DNA of 64,000 nucleotides, from NCBI GenBank assembly GCA_041489255.1, contig JBGPQV010000005.1, positions 64,001-128,000 of the forward strand, given 5' to 3'. Under the pieces are notes generated by a model, which saw nothing but the letters and a program-made list of their open reading frames with translations, made no database searches and was not told the DNA's origin. This DNA is from Thermoplasmata archaeon (GTDB taxonomy: Archaea > Thermoplasmatota > Thermoplasmata > RBG-16-68-12 > JAFNFQ01). The position numbers were made by a program, and so were the translations under genes. Positions 28,479 through 36,938 of the stretch are shown here, one piece after another; within the stretch, counting starts at the first letter, position 1; each line of letters begins with the position of its first letter.

Positions 28479-29978
28479 ATGCTTGTGCTTGCCTCGATAT
28501 TCGTTGCGGCGATGCCTCGGACTCCGAGCGCGGCGGGAGACTCCGGGACACGTTCAAGGATCGCGACGTTGACATCCGCACTCGTGCCGACAACGCCGGT
28601 TCTGGACGGCCAAGGCACCGACACGGCTTGGAGTCAGGCCAATGAGATTGTGGTAACCGTCAGCGGTGGTGAGAACACCGTCGGGAACGTGGACGTCCAC
28701 CTGAAGTCTGCGTATGTCGGCGGCAGGGTGTATTTCCTGGCGCAATGGGCAGATCCGAATGACAGCAAGGACAGGTTCCCCTGGGAATATGATGTCGCGG
28801 CAGGCGAGTGGGAGCAGAAAGGCGACATCAGCAGCGGTCAGGAGAATACCTATTACGAGGACAAGCTCGCGATGATCTGGGACATCGGGGGGACGGTGTC
28901 CGGCTTCGGCGGCCCCACAGGCACCGGTCCGACGACCACATGCCACAGTGGCTTGCATTACACCAATGGTCCGGCAGAATTGGCGGACATCTGGCACTGG
29001 AAGCGCGTCAGGACCGGACCCGTGAACCAGATGGACGATCAGTACATGAACAGCAGCAACGGGGCCGGATGGCCTGAGGGAGGTCGACACAGCGACCCCA
29101 AGACCAGCGGTGGCTACTCCGACAACAACCAGACGCTGAATTACGAAGACAACCCGGGTGTCCAAGCGTACGTGCCCAAGGCATGGGTTCCGGCGGCATC
29201 GGGTAATGATCTGTACTGGGTCAGGAATTCCGATCTCGGTGTCAGGGCCTACAATATAACGAAGGTCTGGACGAATGGCACGATGCAGGACGAACAGGGC
29301 ACTTATATCCTCAATTCGACGGCCCAGATTCCAGGAATACTCGTCGCTCCATTCGTCGGAGATCGAGGTAACATCACGGCCGGGGCTCTGTGGAGCAGCG
29401 GCTCATGGACTTTGGAGTTCGGCAGAGACTTGGTCACCGGCAGCCAATTTGACGTACAGTTCAGCGACACCAGTCCGGCCGCCACCTACGATTTCGGCCT
29501 TGCCACTTTCAACAACTCGCAGAAGGGACACAACAAGGAGTTCAACGCGGTCTACGGGTTTGTGTTCGGGCAGCCGAACCAGCCGCCGACCACGCCGACG
29601 ATAAGCACCAGTCCCTCGAGCCCTGTTGCGGGCGAGGCGGTCACATTCACCGCCACAGCAACGGATCCGGATACAGGAGATTCGCTCACCTACACCTGGG
29701 AGTTCGGTGACGGGACATCAAGCGTCACGGGCAATCCCGCGACTCACACCTACGACTCAGTCGGCAATTACACGGTGAACGTGACGGTGGACGATGGGCA
29801 CGGGCACACGAGGTCCGCATCACTGATCATCACGGTGGGCGAGAGCACGGGGTTGTCGAACACAGTGGTAATCATCATTGTGGCGGTGATCGTGATACTC
29901 GTCCTTCTGATGGCAGTCGGGCTGAGCAGGCGGAAGAAGCCAGAGCCGCCGGCATCGCCCCCGCCACCATCACAATAA
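28479..29978 (+). CDS. Secreted, membrane-anchored ethylbenzene-dehydrogenase-gamma-like (DOMON-type heme) protein with PKD domain
   Basis: Signal peptide; TPVLDG, YFLAQWADP, YYEDKLAMIW, DIWHWK, WTLEFGR.L; PKD motif YTWEFGDG...HTY..VG.YTV.VTV.D; C-terminal TM + RRKK. Confidence 0.75.
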   Translation: MLVLASIFVAAMPRTPSAAGDSGTRSRIATLTSALVPTTPVLDGQGTDTAWSQANEIVVTVSGGENTVGNVDVHLKSAYVGGRVYFLAQWADPNDSKDRFPWEYDVAAGEWEQKGDISSGQENTYYEDKLAMIWDIGGTVSGFGGPTGTGPTTTCHSGLHYTNGPAELADIWHWKRVRTGPVNQMDDQYMNSSNGAGWPEGGRHSDPKTSGGYSDNNQTLNYEDNPGVQAYVPKAWVPAASGNDLYWVRNSDLGVRAYNITKVWTNGTMQDEQGTYILNSTAQIPGILVAPFVGDRGNITAGALWSSGSWTLEFGRDLVTGSQFDVQFSDTSPAATYDFGLATFNNSQKGHNKEFNAVYGFVFGQPNQPPTTPTISTSPSSPVAGEAVTFTATATDPDTGDSLTYTWEFGDGTSSVTGNPATHTYDSVGNYTVNVTVDDGHGHTRSASLIITVGESTGLSNTVVIIIVAVIVILVLLMAVGLSRRKKPEPPASPPPPSQ

Positions 29979-30041
29979 GCCAAGACCGCAGGTGGCAGAA
30001 AGGAGAGAGGAACGGTCGAGTCCCTCTCCATCTTCATTTCT

Positions 30042-32672
30042 TCAAGAGGCGATGGTCTTCTTTTTTACCCTCTCTTTGCGATAGAGGGTCGCCTCGGACC
30101 ACATCCTGATGCAGATCCCCGCCGCCATCAGCCAACCGCCACCCCATAGGGACGCCATCATCGGGTTCTCACGGACTCCGAACCACACGCTAGTCAATGC
30201 TGAGTTGTCCGTCCTGTACGGCTCATGCGTGAGCGGGTCGGGCTGATCGTTCACCGTGAAATTCTGATTCCCCGCATTGAAACCTGTGAAGGTGAAGTAG
30301 AGATCTCCGCCGAAGTCCGAGCGGATCAGCGGGTCCGATGCGTAGTGGAAGAAGCCTCCACTACCGCGCTGCCACATCATCTTGAGTGATAGGGTGAAGA
30401 GATGCCCGCCACCGTCCGATACGTCAACGATTGCGGTTATTTCCTCATAAAGAGTATCGCCATTGACGTCGACACCGCTCGAGTCCAGAAGCTGGAACCT
30501 GTAGCCTGACGGGATGTTCGATGCTCGGTCGGTGAACGCCGTGACATCGTGATTCGAGGCGAAGTATGTGCTCGACGCATAGCCGAGGATGAGGAGAGCG
30601 ACTCCAAGATGGACCAGCTGAGGACTCGCGCCACGGAGGACGGAGGTAAATGAGACTCTTCTATGGCTTTTCTTCTGAAGGAACTCGCGACGCGATAGGA
30701 TCACGAGCGCAAGTGCAATCATAGAGAGGGCGAGTCCTATGACGAATCCGATGAGGACGGCTCCTACCAGCGTGGAACATACCCACAGACGAATGTCGTG
30801 CTTGCTCACTGCCAGAGCGAGCAAGAGCAGCCCGACAAGAGAAAGAGCCGCGAGGGTGATGTCGAGGGGGACTGTTGTTTGGAGGTTCGATTGACGCAGA
30901 CCGAGCGAGGTTATCCCAGAACTCCACATCACGAAGGCGAGGAGGAGGGAAATGAGGGTCAGCATCGCCGCAATGCGAAGGTTTCTTGACAGGATGGCGG
31001 GAGCCCAGGATTTGGATATCCTCAGGCTGACCGCGAAGATGATCGCGAGCACCAGAGGGAAATACATGGCTCCGATGTTTGACGCGAAGAGGAAGTAGCT
31101 CGCAAGGATCGCGCTGACAAGAATGACGAGGACGATGGGCAGTCTCCTCTTGGTGAAGAGTCTCCATGTGAGGATAGCGAAAAGCACCGCCCCGACAGGA
31201 ATCAGGAGGAAAGGCAGACGACCTTCGAACTCTCCAGGACTGAGGGCATTCGCCCCCAATATCATCAGGGCGAGGGTCACGAGCGTCCAGAGGATGAACA
31301 GCGCGAGGGCTCCGCTCATTGCGTTATCGTCACTGATCCAACTCATCTTACCTTCCTTAGGAGTCTCATCGGAGGGCGAGGTCGCCAGCATCCAGAGCAG
31401 CGGGACTCCGATGAATACCATGGCCAGCAATGCAAATCCAAGTGCCCCATTGCCGAAGCTGAATGCGCCAGCGACGCTGAGCACGGCGCCGGTGATTCCT
31501 TTGGTATCGAGGATAGACCAGACGATTGCCATCAAGTAGACGGCGAGAAAAGCCCAAGGCACGACCGCCATCGCGCCGGACGTGCGTCCCTCGCGTTTCC
31601 GCATCCTGGCGAAATGGAGCATGAACAGCGCGGCGGTCGCGAGCAAAGACACCGCCATCAGCGTGAAGAAAGGAGGTGCCGCCCCGCCAGAGCCGAGGAT
31701 GTCGAGGAGCCTTGCCCCGAGGTCTTCTTGGACACCGCCAGTGGCGATGAAGCTGTGGACCGAGGCTATGATGCCCGTGCGCGTCTCGAAGGTCGCGAAC
31801 ATCGCCAGGGCGAAGACAATGGATGCCAGAGCGGGGGCAAGATGGGCGAACTGCCCCTTGCGCCTGTTCCAAAGCTGCGCATGGACGAGGGCCGTGAGGG
31901 GCAGCCATATCGTCAGATTGGCTGTCTGAACAGGGTCCCATGCCCAGTATCCGCCCCAGCCCAGCACGGTGTATGACCACAGCGCGCCGATGACAAGCGC
32001 GAGGGTCAGGAACAGCCAGGCGGAGCGCGTCCATTGCATCGAAATCCTGGTCCACTTGTCCTTGCCGCTCAACAGGTGGGCTGCGGCGGTTGCGAAGGGA
32101 ATAGTGATGATTGCATAGGAGGCGAATTCCAGCGGCGGGTGGACGACCGTGAGAGGGGTGAGAAGCAGCGGACTCAGGCCCAAACCATTTGATGTGCTTA
32201 GATTTGCGAGAAATTCCGGCGGCGTTGGACGGAAAGGGTCGGAAATGAGGAGGATGCAGAGAAAGGCCGCGAGGATGGTGAGGAGGATGACGGAGCCGAG
32301 CGACCTCAATTGCGCACGCTCTTCTGAGTCGTTTTTTCTCCAGATGAAGAACAGTAGGCTCGACAGGGACAGCAACCACGTCCAGAGGAGCAGAGATCCC
32401 TCATCTCCCGCCCAAGCTCCCGCAAGTTTGTATTGCAAAGCATAGTCCGTTCTGCTCTCGCGGAGAACGTAGTATATCGTCATGTTCGATGAGAGGAAGT
32501 AGTAGACCATCAGGAGGAATGCCGCAGATATCACGCCGAAATCAACCAGGAGAAGCATCTGGGCGAGTTTCCTGGCGACCCTCTGGCCTTTGAGGAGATG
32601 CAGTGAAAGCGAGGCCGCGGAGGCGACCGTGAGTATCAGCGAGATCCACAGCAGGGCGGAGCCCTCATTCAT
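30042..32672 (-). CDS. ccmF: Cytochrome c heme lyase CcmF (system I), enlarged
   Basis: WAGDEGSLLLW, GLSPLL, HPP, WSYTVLGWGGYWAWDPVQTA (WWD motif), SVHSF, HLGVAL. Confidence 0.9.
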   Translation of the reverse strand: MNEGSALLWISLILTVASAASLSLHLLKGQRVARKLAQMLLLVDFGVISAAFLLMVYYFLSSNMTIYYVLRESRTDYALQYKLAGAWAGDEGSLLLWTWLLSLSSLLFFIWRKNDSEERAQLRSLGSVILLTILAAFLCILLISDPFRPTPPEFLANLSTSNGLGLSPLLLTPLTVVHPPLEFASYAIITIPFATAAAHLLSGKDKWTRISMQWTRSAWLFLTLALVIGALWSYTVLGWGGYWAWDPVQTANLTIWLPLTALVHAQLWNRRKGQFAHLAPALASIVFALAMFATFETRTGIIASVHSFIATGGVQEDLGARLLDILGSGGAAPPFFTLMAVSLLATAALFMLHFARMRKREGRTSGAMAVVPWAFLAVYLMAIVWSILDTKGITGAVLSVAGAFSFGNGALGFALLAMVFIGVPLLWMLATSPSDETPKEGKMSWISDDNAMSGALALFILWTLVTLALMILGANALSPGEFEGRLPFLLIPVGAVLFAILTWRLFTKRRLPIVLVILVSAILASYFLFASNIGAMYFPLVLAIIFAVSLRISKSWAPAILSRNLRIAAMLTLISLLLAFVMWSSGITSLGLRQSNLQTTVPLDITLAALSLVGLLLLALAVSKHDIRLWVCSTLVGAVLIGFVIGLALSMIALALVILSRREFLQKKSHRRVSFTSVLRGASPQLVHLGVALLILGYASSTYFASNHDVTAFTDRASNIPSGYRFQLLDSSGVDVNGDTLYEEITAIVDVSDGGGHLFTLSLKMMWQRGSGGFFHYASDPLIRSDFGGDLYFTFTGFNAGNQNFTVNDQPDPLTHEPYRTDNSALTSVWFGVRENPMMASLWGGGWLMAAGICIRMWSEATLYRKERVKKKTIAS

Positions 32673-32733
32673 CTGCTAGTCCTCGAGGGTTGACTGGACT
32701 CTGCACTTCTCCCGAGATATAAGTAAGTCGTGA

Positions 32734-33273
32734 TTAGGGGGTGCCGCGTCTGCTGAACTTCCAGGAGCACCAAGTACCTTCAGGCAGCTTGTCGGGCGGG
32801 CACGCGACGCATTCGACGCTGACTTCTGGATCGATCTCCTTCACAAATTGCTGGAGGTATCCAAACCTAACGGGTTTGCAGGCGAAGACGCTCAACCCTT
32901 TCGAGACACGTGTATTCTGCACTCGGCAATCGGTGTTGACGAACACAGCCTCGTCTTTGCCCTCGACAATCTCCTTGTTCTCCAGATCAAGCGACCAACC
33001 GCTCAGGCGCAAAGCCTCCATAACTCCCGCAACACCCTTGCCCTTCAGTCCCATGGTCTTCTTCAACCGCTTCGCCTCTATTGAGGCCATCGTCTTCCAG
33101 ACCCCCGCGTCAATCTCGGTTGCCGGCTCTGTTCCGAATCTCTGCTCGATGCCCAGGTAATAGAGTCCATCGACTGACCATAGGTTCCTGAGGTGCAGCA
33201 ACAAGAGGTCGGCCAACTTCTCCTTGTCCATCTTCATCAGCAGTTGCCTATCGGCTTCTCGAGCGTTTGTCAT
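32734..33273 (-). CDS. DUF6125-like (V4R/ATC-hydrolase-fold) protein
   Basis: LWSVDGLYYLGIEQRFG...IDAGVW...CRVQ..R...F.CK...CVACPPD...WCSWKF. Confidence 0.7.
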   Translation of the reverse strand: MTNAREADRQLLMKMDKEKLADLLLLHLRNLWSVDGLYYLGIEQRFGTEPATEIDAGVWKTMASIEAKRLKKTMGLKGKGVAGVMEALRLSGWSLDLENKEIVEGKDEAVFVNTDCRVQNTRVSKGLSVFACKPVRFGYLQQFVKEIDPEVSVECVACPPDKLPEGTWCSWKFSRRGTP

Positions 33274-33401
33274 GGCCACCAGCCCTTCGTTAATGCCAGA
33301 TATGTGAAAAGCCCCCTCCGATAAAGCCTATCGTATATTCCGAATCAGGCACTGTGGGGGCTTCCGCAAATTGCTTATCCATCATGACGTTTCAAGCGTT
33401 T

Positions 33402-34046
33402 GTGCGACCACGAGTCACGGTCAATTGCGCGATGTCCGCGGATGGGAAGATAGGTTTCGTCACCCGCACGCAGGCGAGGATATCGAGCGAGGAGGACATG
33501 CGCAGGGTGCACAGGCTCAGAGCCGCAAACGATGCGATAGTCGTCGGCATAGGAACCGTCCTCGCTGACGATCCGAGGTTGACTGTGAAGGGAGAGTACG
33601 CGAGGGGCAAGAACCCGATTAGAATAGTCCTCGATTCGAAAGGGCGGACACCCAATCGCGCGCACGTTCTCGACAGAAAGGCACCCACGATAATCTTCAC
33701 GAATTCCAGGTGCACCCGCCAATTTGGCGGGGTCGAAGTGGCCAGGTGTGGCGGCGGCAGAGTGGATCTTGCAGAGATGTTGGATGTCCTTTCCGAGAAA
33801 GGAGTGCGGAAGGTCCTGGTCGAGGGCGGGGAGGCAGTCATCTGGTCTTTTTTGAGAGAGGGCCTGGTGGATGATTTGAAGATATTCGTCGGGAGTCTTG
33901 TGCTTGGCGGGAAGGGGGGACCGACGCCGGCTGGCGGGCCGGGAGTGACGAAGATTGGGGACGCGATACCGCTCAGGCTAGTGAGGACCAAGCGCTTAGG
34001 CGGCGGTGTCCTCCTCGAATACTCAGTGCTTCCCACGAAGGAGTAG
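33402..34046 (+). CDS. 2,5-diamino-6-ribosylamino-4(3H)-pyrimidinone 5'-phosphate reductase (archaeal RibD-C/Rib7)
   Basis: AMSADGKI, VHRLRA..DAIVVGIGTVLADDPRL, LVEGG; start uncertain (33384 or 33402). Confidence 0.9.
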   Translation: MRPRVTVNCAMSADGKIGFVTRTQARISSEEDMRRVHRLRAANDAIVVGIGTVLADDPRLTVKGEYARGKNPIRIVLDSKGRTPNRAHVLDRKAPTIIFTNSRCTRQFGGVEVARCGGGRVDLAEMLDVLSEKGVRKVLVEGGEAVIWSFLREGLVDDLKIFVGSLVLGGKGGPTPAGGPGVTKIGDAIPLRLVRTKRLGGGVLLEYSVLPTKE

Positions 34047-34049
34047 ACG

Positions 34050-34520
34050 ATGGGCATGAGCACACCGCAAGTCAAGATTCTCTGCGACCACATGCTTGGC
34101 AGTCTGGCGAAATGGTTGAGGCTCCTCGGCTACGACACGGTGTATCCCGGGCCGCTCGAGGACAGGGAGATGGCGGCGAAGGCGTATGACGAAGGACGAG
34201 TGCTCCTCACAAGGGACAAGGACTTGGCGGCAAGGGTCAAAGGTTCCGTCTTCGTGGCTAGCGACGACATCGACGAACAGCTCAAGTCCGTCATCGAAGC
34301 TCTTCACCTTGATCTCTCGAACACGCTTTCCCGGTGTTCGGTCTGCAATGTGCCGATAGTTGAGGTTGACCGCGCCGAGGTCGAGCACGAAGTCCCGCCA
34401 AAGGTTCTCGAGATCCAGGATGAGTTCTGGAAATGCCCCTCCTGTTCCCGCGTCTACTGGCGGGGCACGCACTGGGACCAGATGATGCAGAAGATCAGAC
34501 GGCTGCAGGAAGGTACTTAG
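34050..34520 (+). CDS. Mut7-C RNase (PIN-like) domain protein with Zn ribbon
   Basis: DHMLGSLAKWLRLLGYD, LLTRD, SRCSVCN, CPSCSRVYWRGTHW. Confidence 0.88.
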   Translation: MGMSTPQVKILCDHMLGSLAKWLRLLGYDTVYPGPLEDREMAAKAYDEGRVLLTRDKDLAARVKGSVFVASDDIDEQLKSVIEALHLDLSNTLSRCSVCNVPIVEVDRAEVEHEVPPKVLEIQDEFWKCPSCSRVYWRGTHWDQMMQKIRRLQEGT

Positions 34521-34544
34521 TAGCAATCCGGAGGTTGTCTCACA

Positions 34545-34712
34545 ATCGTGAATGGTTCCAGTCACCGTCACCAGCAAGCCACCTCTCCCCCCGTGTTATT
34601 CAGTATGTCGTTGGAGTAGTGAGAGACGTTGTGGGCTCCCTCGTGAAGTCTGAAGCCGCCGGAGTACGTGATTCAGCTCCCACCATCCGTACTGTACTTG
34701 GTGACATTCACC
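34545..34712 (-). pseudogene. Remnant of an Ig-like surface-protein domain
   Basis: VNVTKYSTDGGS*ITYSGGFRLHEGAHNVSHYSNDILNNT, then a frameshift into WL/LVTVTG; TGA falls where Trp is expected. Confidence 0.55.
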
Positions 34713-34828
34713 CGCAGCTGATGTCGGGACGTTCGATGCGGGACGTGGCGGGTGCGAGTCTCATTCTATCCTCCGTCGCCTTGTCTTCGCCTCCTCTGCC
34801 GCGAGTTCCGGAAGACCTGACCCAATCT

Positions 34829-35199
34829 CGGGGAACCCCGTGGGGTTCTCCGCACGGTCCGCTCCGACCTCCGGCAAGGCGGGAGGGACCGGCGGACAGC
34901 CTGAAGGGAACACCAGGCGGAGCACTCATACTTTTCCGGACTCCTCGGGAAACTGTGCGGGGGTCCGGGAAACGTGTCCGGATGTCCCCCCGACATTCCG
35001 CAGTCGCCCGAGGCTCCAGTTCGACATGCCGGAGAGGCCAGCGGACCGCCCGCATTCGGAAATGGGTGTGTCCGGGGTCCCCGCGCACCCGCCCGAAGTC
35101 CCCGGGCACTGCCGGGAGATCAGGCGGGTCGTCCGGAGTCTCCGGAAACCTGTCCGAGGCTCGGTTCGGGTGTTGAATCTCGAGGATTGAGCGGAGGTC
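34829..35199. other. GC-rich, extensively self-complementary intergenic element (candidate structured RNA or MITE-like element)
   Basis: Hairpin 34829-34852 and nested complementary pairs 34866-73/35192-99, 34893-99/35150-56, 34933-40/35141-48, 34944-49/35007-12, 35087-93/35123-29; no credible ORF. Confidence 0.35.
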
Positions 35200-35399
35200 A
35201 AGGAGGAGTGGAAGGCGCGACCTGAAGATACGAGGGTGCATGTGATTGTCGCGATGCCAATTTGGTTCCGCGATTTAAGAAAGTGGTGGAGAGGGCTGTA
35301 GCGATCATTCGCTAAAGCGCCGGCAAGGCGAACGGTGGCAGACCATGATGGAGCATGCAGCGATGCTGTCAATCACGGTGACCGGCGGCTCACCGATCA

Positions 35400-35771
35400 T
35401 CATCGGTTCTCGGGTTCGTTCGTGGAATTGGCCTCCATTCCTCCCGCCTTCAATACCCTCGCGAGCGCGACGACCAGCCCCACCATAAGAACACCCAGAT
35501 CGACGGCGGTTCCGAATCCCAGCCCTGGCGGTATGGAGAGTTGGCCGGTGACGTGGGAGGCTATCCCGGTCGCCGCCTCCGCCAGCACAAATGGCATCGA
35601 AGTGATGATGAACGCCTTCGCCACCGCCATCCCGTCCTTCCCGCCCTTCCAAGATCTCCTCTTGGACGACCAGATTCCCGCCACGAGCAGGATGATCGCG
35701 AACACCAATGCAACAATCGCCTTGTAGTTCACCGCGACATCTTGCGGCGACGATTGCCCAGTCACAATCAC
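35400..35771 (-). CDS. Orphan 3-TM C-terminal anchor module of a surface protein (possibly a gene remnant)
   Basis: EKWLAVIVTG..VAVNYKAIVALVFAIILL..WSSKRR..3 TM; no signal peptide or ectodomain; stops just upstream. Confidence 0.5.
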   Translation of the reverse strand: MIVTGQSSPQDVAVNYKAIVALVFAIILLVAGIWSSKRRSWKGGKDGMAVAKAFIITSMPFVLAEAATGIASHVTGQLSIPPGLGFGTAVDLGVLMVGLVVALARVLKAGGMEANSTNEPENR

Positions 35772-35854
35772 CGCAAGCCACTTCTCAGATTCGCGATGCC
35801 ATCATCACGCAAAGGCTAATAGGCAAACCACATTATCCGCCAAAGGTCTGGAAG

Positions 35855-36937
35855 ATGAGGGGATCCCTGGTCCTCGAAGACGGAACGGTCGTCCAGGGAA
35901 TGTTTTTCGGTGAAAAAAGACCGGTCTTCGGCGAGCTCGTCTTCAACACGAACATGACGGGCTACTGCGAGGCCCTGACCGATCCATCCTATCGCGGGCA
36001 AATCCTGATGATGACGTATCCGCTCATAGGCAACTATGGCGTGGACCCCACCACGCTGGAATCCGAGGAGATTCAGGTCAGGGGCTTCGTGGTCAGGGAA
36101 GCGTGCCGCACCCCGAGTCATCCGAATTCCAAGATGGGGCTCGGCGATTTCCTGAAGAAGTACAGCATCCCGGGAATCTCCGGGGTGGACACCCGCGAGC
36201 TGACGATCAAGACGCGGGAGCGCGGCACTATGAGGGCCGCGTTCGGCATGGATAGCGAAAACCCTGATTCTCTCCTGAAGAAGGTGAAGGAGACACCGTT
36301 CCCGGACACGGGCAATCTCGTCGCCGAGGTCAGCTGCAAGAGACAGGTCGATCACAAGGGCAAAGGCCCGCGAAAATTTGTCCTCATTGATTGCGGTGTC
36401 AAGGCAAACATAATCCGTGAGGCGCTGAACTTCGGCAGTGTTGTCCAGGTGCCTTTCGATACATCGAGTGATGATGTGCTTAAGAATCGTCCTGATGCCG
36501 TGATAGTCTCGAATGGCCCAGGCAATCCCGCGCACCCCGAGATACTCGCGACGACGGTGAAAACGATCAAGGAACTGCTCAACCGCGTCCCGGTGACGGG
36601 AATCTGCCTCGGTCACCAGATGATCGGGCTCGCACTTGGCGGGAAGACGTTCAAGTTGAAGTTCGGTCACCGCGGCGGCAACCAGCCGGTGAAAGACCTC
36701 AGGACAGGACGGGTCCACATCACTTCGCAGAACCACGGGTTTGCGGTGGATGCGAAGAGCCTTGAGGGGAGCGGGGCGGTCGTCACGCATCTGAACCTCA
36801 ACGATAACACCGTCGAGGGCATCAGCCACGAAGAGATGGCGGTGTTCTCAGTGCAGTATCACCCCGAGGCCAGCCCCGGGCCGCTGGACAACAAGTACAT
36901 CTTCGCGGAGTTCGCGAGGTTGGCGGGGAGACGTTGA
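35855..36937 (+). CDS. carA: Carbamoyl-phosphate synthase small subunit
   Basis: LVLEDG, GELVFNT, LTDPSY, SNGPGNP, GICLGHQ, TSQNHGF, QYHPEASPGP. Confidence 0.97.
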   Translation: MRGSLVLEDGTVVQGMFFGEKRPVFGELVFNTNMTGYCEALTDPSYRGQILMMTYPLIGNYGVDPTTLESEEIQVRGFVVREACRTPSHPNSKMGLGDFLKKYSIPGISGVDTRELTIKTRERGTMRAAFGMDSENPDSLLKKVKETPFPDTGNLVAEVSCKRQVDHKGKGPRKFVLIDCGVKANIIREALNFGSVVQVPFDTSSDDVLKNRPDAVIVSNGPGNPAHPEILATTVKTIKELLNRVPVTGICLGHQMIGLALGGKTFKLKFGHRGGNQPVKDLRTGRVHITSQNHGFAVDAKSLEGSGAVVTHLNLNDNTVEGISHEEMAVFSVQYHPEASPGPLDNKYIFAEFARLAGRR

Positions 36938-36938
36938 C

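Noticed and set aside
34829-35199. RNase P RNA or SRP RNA
   Set aside because: No GAGGAAAGUCC / ACAGAA..CGGCUUA motifs and no SRP helix 8 motif found on either strand
34708-35241. 177-aa minus-strand ORF and overlapping plus-strand ORFs
   Set aside because: Pro/Arg/Gly-rich composition typical of GC-rich non-coding DNA; no motifs
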